DNA from: an uncultured Clostridia bacterium
GTDB taxonomy: Bacteria; Bacillota; Clostridia; Christensenellales; HGM11417
DNA: 35,429 bases
Direction: 5' to 3'
Assembly (NCBI GenBank): GCA_944332455.1
Contig: CALVJY010000023.1
Span: 1 to 35,429 of the forward strand
Shown piece by piece: positions 33,827-35,429 of this stretch. The position numbers and the translations under genes were made by a program. The notes under the pieces were generated by a model that saw nothing but the letters and a program-made list of their open reading frames with translations, did no database searches and had not been told where the DNA came from. Each line of letters opens with the position of its first letter. Position 1 is the stretch's first letter.

Positions 33827-33851
33827 TTTGCCGGGCAGGATTCGAACCTGC
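33827..33851 (-). other. tRNA-like T-arm (minus strand GCAGG-TTCGAAT-CCTGC followed by CCGGCAA-A). No full cloverleaf could be folded by hand; possible degenerate tRNA or att-site remnant
   Basis: Perfect T-loop consensus on the minus strand only. A candidate 5' acceptor strand ATGCCGG lies ~85 nt upstream, but the D and anticodon arms do not fold convincingly. Confidence 0.2.
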
Positions 33852-34324
33852 GCTTTCCCGACTGCCCCGCTCCCGCAAGAGCCGGACGGGGCCGGCAGAA
33901 CGGACCGGCATACGCTCGGAGAGCCTCCGGCGCACCGCGGCGGCCTTGGATCCGCCCGCTCAGGTCCGTTTGCCCTTTCAGTATAGCGCATTTCCCGCCC
34001 GAAATCACGGAAAAAAAGTTGCGACATCTCTTCGCCGCCTCCTTTTTTCAGTCCTGCGGGTCTTATTCTCCGCATCCTTTCCCTGTTTTTGGAGTGCTCC
34101 GCTTGCTTTTTAACGCCCACTCTGAAACAAGCCCATGATCGATCTTATTCCCTGCGCTTGCTTTCAGTTAGGGAAAACGATCACAGCCGCATAAAAAATC
34201 AAAGACCGAAAAAAATTCGGTCTCCGAAAGCGGTTTTATTCCCTATTTAACGGCATAGCTGAAAAGCTGTTGCAGGAAAAGCAAATGATTTTCCCTTGCG
34301 ATCAGAGCGGACGTTCTCACCTGG

Positions 34325-34385
34325 CGGTGCTGCCGCCTTCCCTCAAGTCCGACCGATTTTGCCTGCGGAAATCGGTCGGAAAAGA
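34325..34385. repeat. Degenerate R1 hairpin-2 copy (CCCTCAAGTCCGACCGATTTTGCC-TGC-GGAAATCGGTCGGA)
   Basis: Same architecture as 70-115, with compensatory stem substitutions; directly downstream of the TraX-family gene. Confidence 0.55.
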
Positions 34386-34389
34386 ATTT

Positions 34390-35124
34390 TCACAGCCAGC
34401 AAATCAGGCCCAGGGCCAGCAGGTGGAGGGGGTAAAAGAGATAGAAAAACCACTTGTGGAAGGGGTTCCGGCTCCCCCGCTCCCCGTTGTAGAGAAAGAG
34501 AAAGGGCAGAAACAGCAGCAGCCCCAGCCCCCGGAGGGCCAGCAGATCCCCCTCGGAAAACAGCAGGGATTGCAGCACATACCAGGCGGTCAGGGCGACG
34601 TAGAACAGGGCCTGTTTGTTCCGGTCCCCCCGCAGCAGCCAGAAGCACCCCACGAACAGCGGGGCGGTCACCCCCCAGTCGCAGAAGACCGAGGCGACCA
34701 CGCAGAGGCAGGCCGCGAGGATCTTCAGCCCGGAGCGGCGGAGGTCGGACAGCCCCCACAGCATGCAGAACGACAGCAGCAGGGTAAACAGCATGTTCCA
34801 GTCGGTAAACAGCGTGGAGAAGTTCCCCTCGTGGGCAAAGGCATAGGCGGGCTGGGCGATCAGGGCGAACAGTCCCAGGCGGAGGGCGTATTTTTTGCGG
34901 GAGGAGGTGTGGCAGAAGCCCTCGGCCAGCAGAAAGCACATCACCGGGCAGGTCAGCCGCCCCACCGTCCGCAGCACGATGCTCCACGGCGAGGCCTCCG
35001 GCAAAAAGAGCATGGCGACGTGGTCGAGGAGCATGGCCAGCGCGGCGATGTATTTCAGGGTGTTGCCGTTCAGCCCCCTCGGCCCTACGGCCGCTCCGTT
35101 TCCATTTTGTCCGTTCTCTTCCAT
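34390..35124 (-). CDS. TraX-family membrane protein (chromosomal homologue; function unknown)
   Basis: Start at MEENGQNG.. with RBS GAGGAAG. LKYIAALAMLLDHVAMLFLP matches the TraX N-terminal motif; multiple TM segments. Confidence 0.65.
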   Translation of the reverse strand: MEENGQNGNGAAVGPRGLNGNTLKYIAALAMLLDHVAMLFLPEASPWSIVLRTVGRLTCPVMCFLLAEGFCHTSSRKKYALRLGLFALIAQPAYAFAHEGNFSTLFTDWNMLFTLLLSFCMLWGLSDLRRSGLKILAACLCVVASVFCDWGVTAPLFVGCFWLLRGDRNKQALFYVALTAWYVLQSLLFSEGDLLALRGLGLLLFLPFLFLYNGERGSRNPFHKWFFYLFYPLHLLALGLICWL

Positions 35125-35184
35125 TCGTTCTTCCTCGGTTGTTTTCCTAGACAGGCAGCATAAATAGAAATGATAAACCCGTCT

Positions 35185-35429
35185 CAAATTGCTTTCAAGT
35201 CCGGCCAAAATTCCGCAAAGCGGAATTTTGCGTCTGGCCGGAAGCGATGTGTTTTCGCAAAACGGCGGACATGCGCCGCCGTTTTGCACAATCACGTTTT
35301 TACGGTGAGTAAAAACGTGGGTGGAAAAGGGTGAATCAAAAACGCGAAGCGGTTTTGAGAGGGGAAAAACGTTGCAGAGCTTTGCCGAAAGGCAAAGTGA
35401 ACAACGGTTGTCCCCTCAAGTCCGGCCGA
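35185..35429. repeat. R1 element copies at the window end: a hairpin-2 copy at 35185-35245 (CAAGTCCGGCCAAAATTCCGCAAAGCGGAATTTTGCGTCTGGCCGGAAGCG) and a hairpin-1 copy at 35345-35429, near-identical to 1-80 (truncated by the window)
   Basis: Direct comparison with 1-125. Confidence 0.7.

Noticed and set aside
33827-33911. Full tRNA or tmRNA gene
   Set aside because: Only the T-arm is convincing. Hand folding gives no D or anticodon arms with U33/purine-37 in any register. The 3' side lacks CCA or a tmRNA-style GGGG...CCACCA closure, and no tag-peptide reading frame (..ALAA*) was found. Kept only as a low-confidence tRNA-like fragment.
33346-34120. 220-aa, 130-aa, 103-aa minus ORFs and 226-aa/118-aa plus ORFs in the gene-free region
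   Set aside because: Extremely Arg/Pro/Gly-rich, mutually overlapping, without RBS. Treated as non-coding structured DNA.

Overview
High-GC (about 60%+ by eye) Firmicutes-type chromosomal segment, probably Clostridia-like (inference from gene order smc-rnc-plsX and iscR-iscS-iscU). There are about 24 supportable CDSs.

Core genes: smc-rnc-plsX (minus strand), the iscR-iscS-iscU Fe-S cluster operon (minus strand), rtcB (minus strand, preceded by an SPFH/band-7 gene) and mtlD (plus strand).

Accessory genes: a secreted HExxH metalloprotease plus a YfhO-family membrane protein; DUF1113 membrane protein plus MacB/FtsX-type ABC pair; a ZIP metal transporter; a MarR-MFS-DUF1848 operon; a divergent XRE regulator/TM2-like small membrane protein pair in an AT-rich patch; an aldo-keto reductase/ferredoxin fusion with a divergent tandem-HTH XRE regulator; a Schlafen-like AlbA_2 + HATPase_c_4 protein; a TraX-family protein.

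No rRNA, no CRISPR and no transposase or integrase were seen. There is no convincing tRNA, only a tRNA-like T-arm fragment.

The most unusual content is non-coding. Two duplicated, highly structured ~650-800 bp blocks sit upstream of two different transporter operons. Each carries tandem arrays of short 6-bp-stem hairpins punctuated every ~24 nt by a conserved ATATCGA heptamer, and the stems covary between copies. A second family of double-hairpin elements with compensatory stem changes occurs at both window ends and at two internal sites. Several further tandem repeat families lie in intergenic regions.

On the protein side, two items stand out: an RNase III carrying a ~250-aa low-complexity linker between its catalytic domain and dsRBD, and an SPFH-rtcB gene pair.

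Many long ORFs in the six-frame track are GC-driven antisense artefacts and are rejected. Coordinates of small regulatory elements are hand-indexed and may be off by 1-2 nt.
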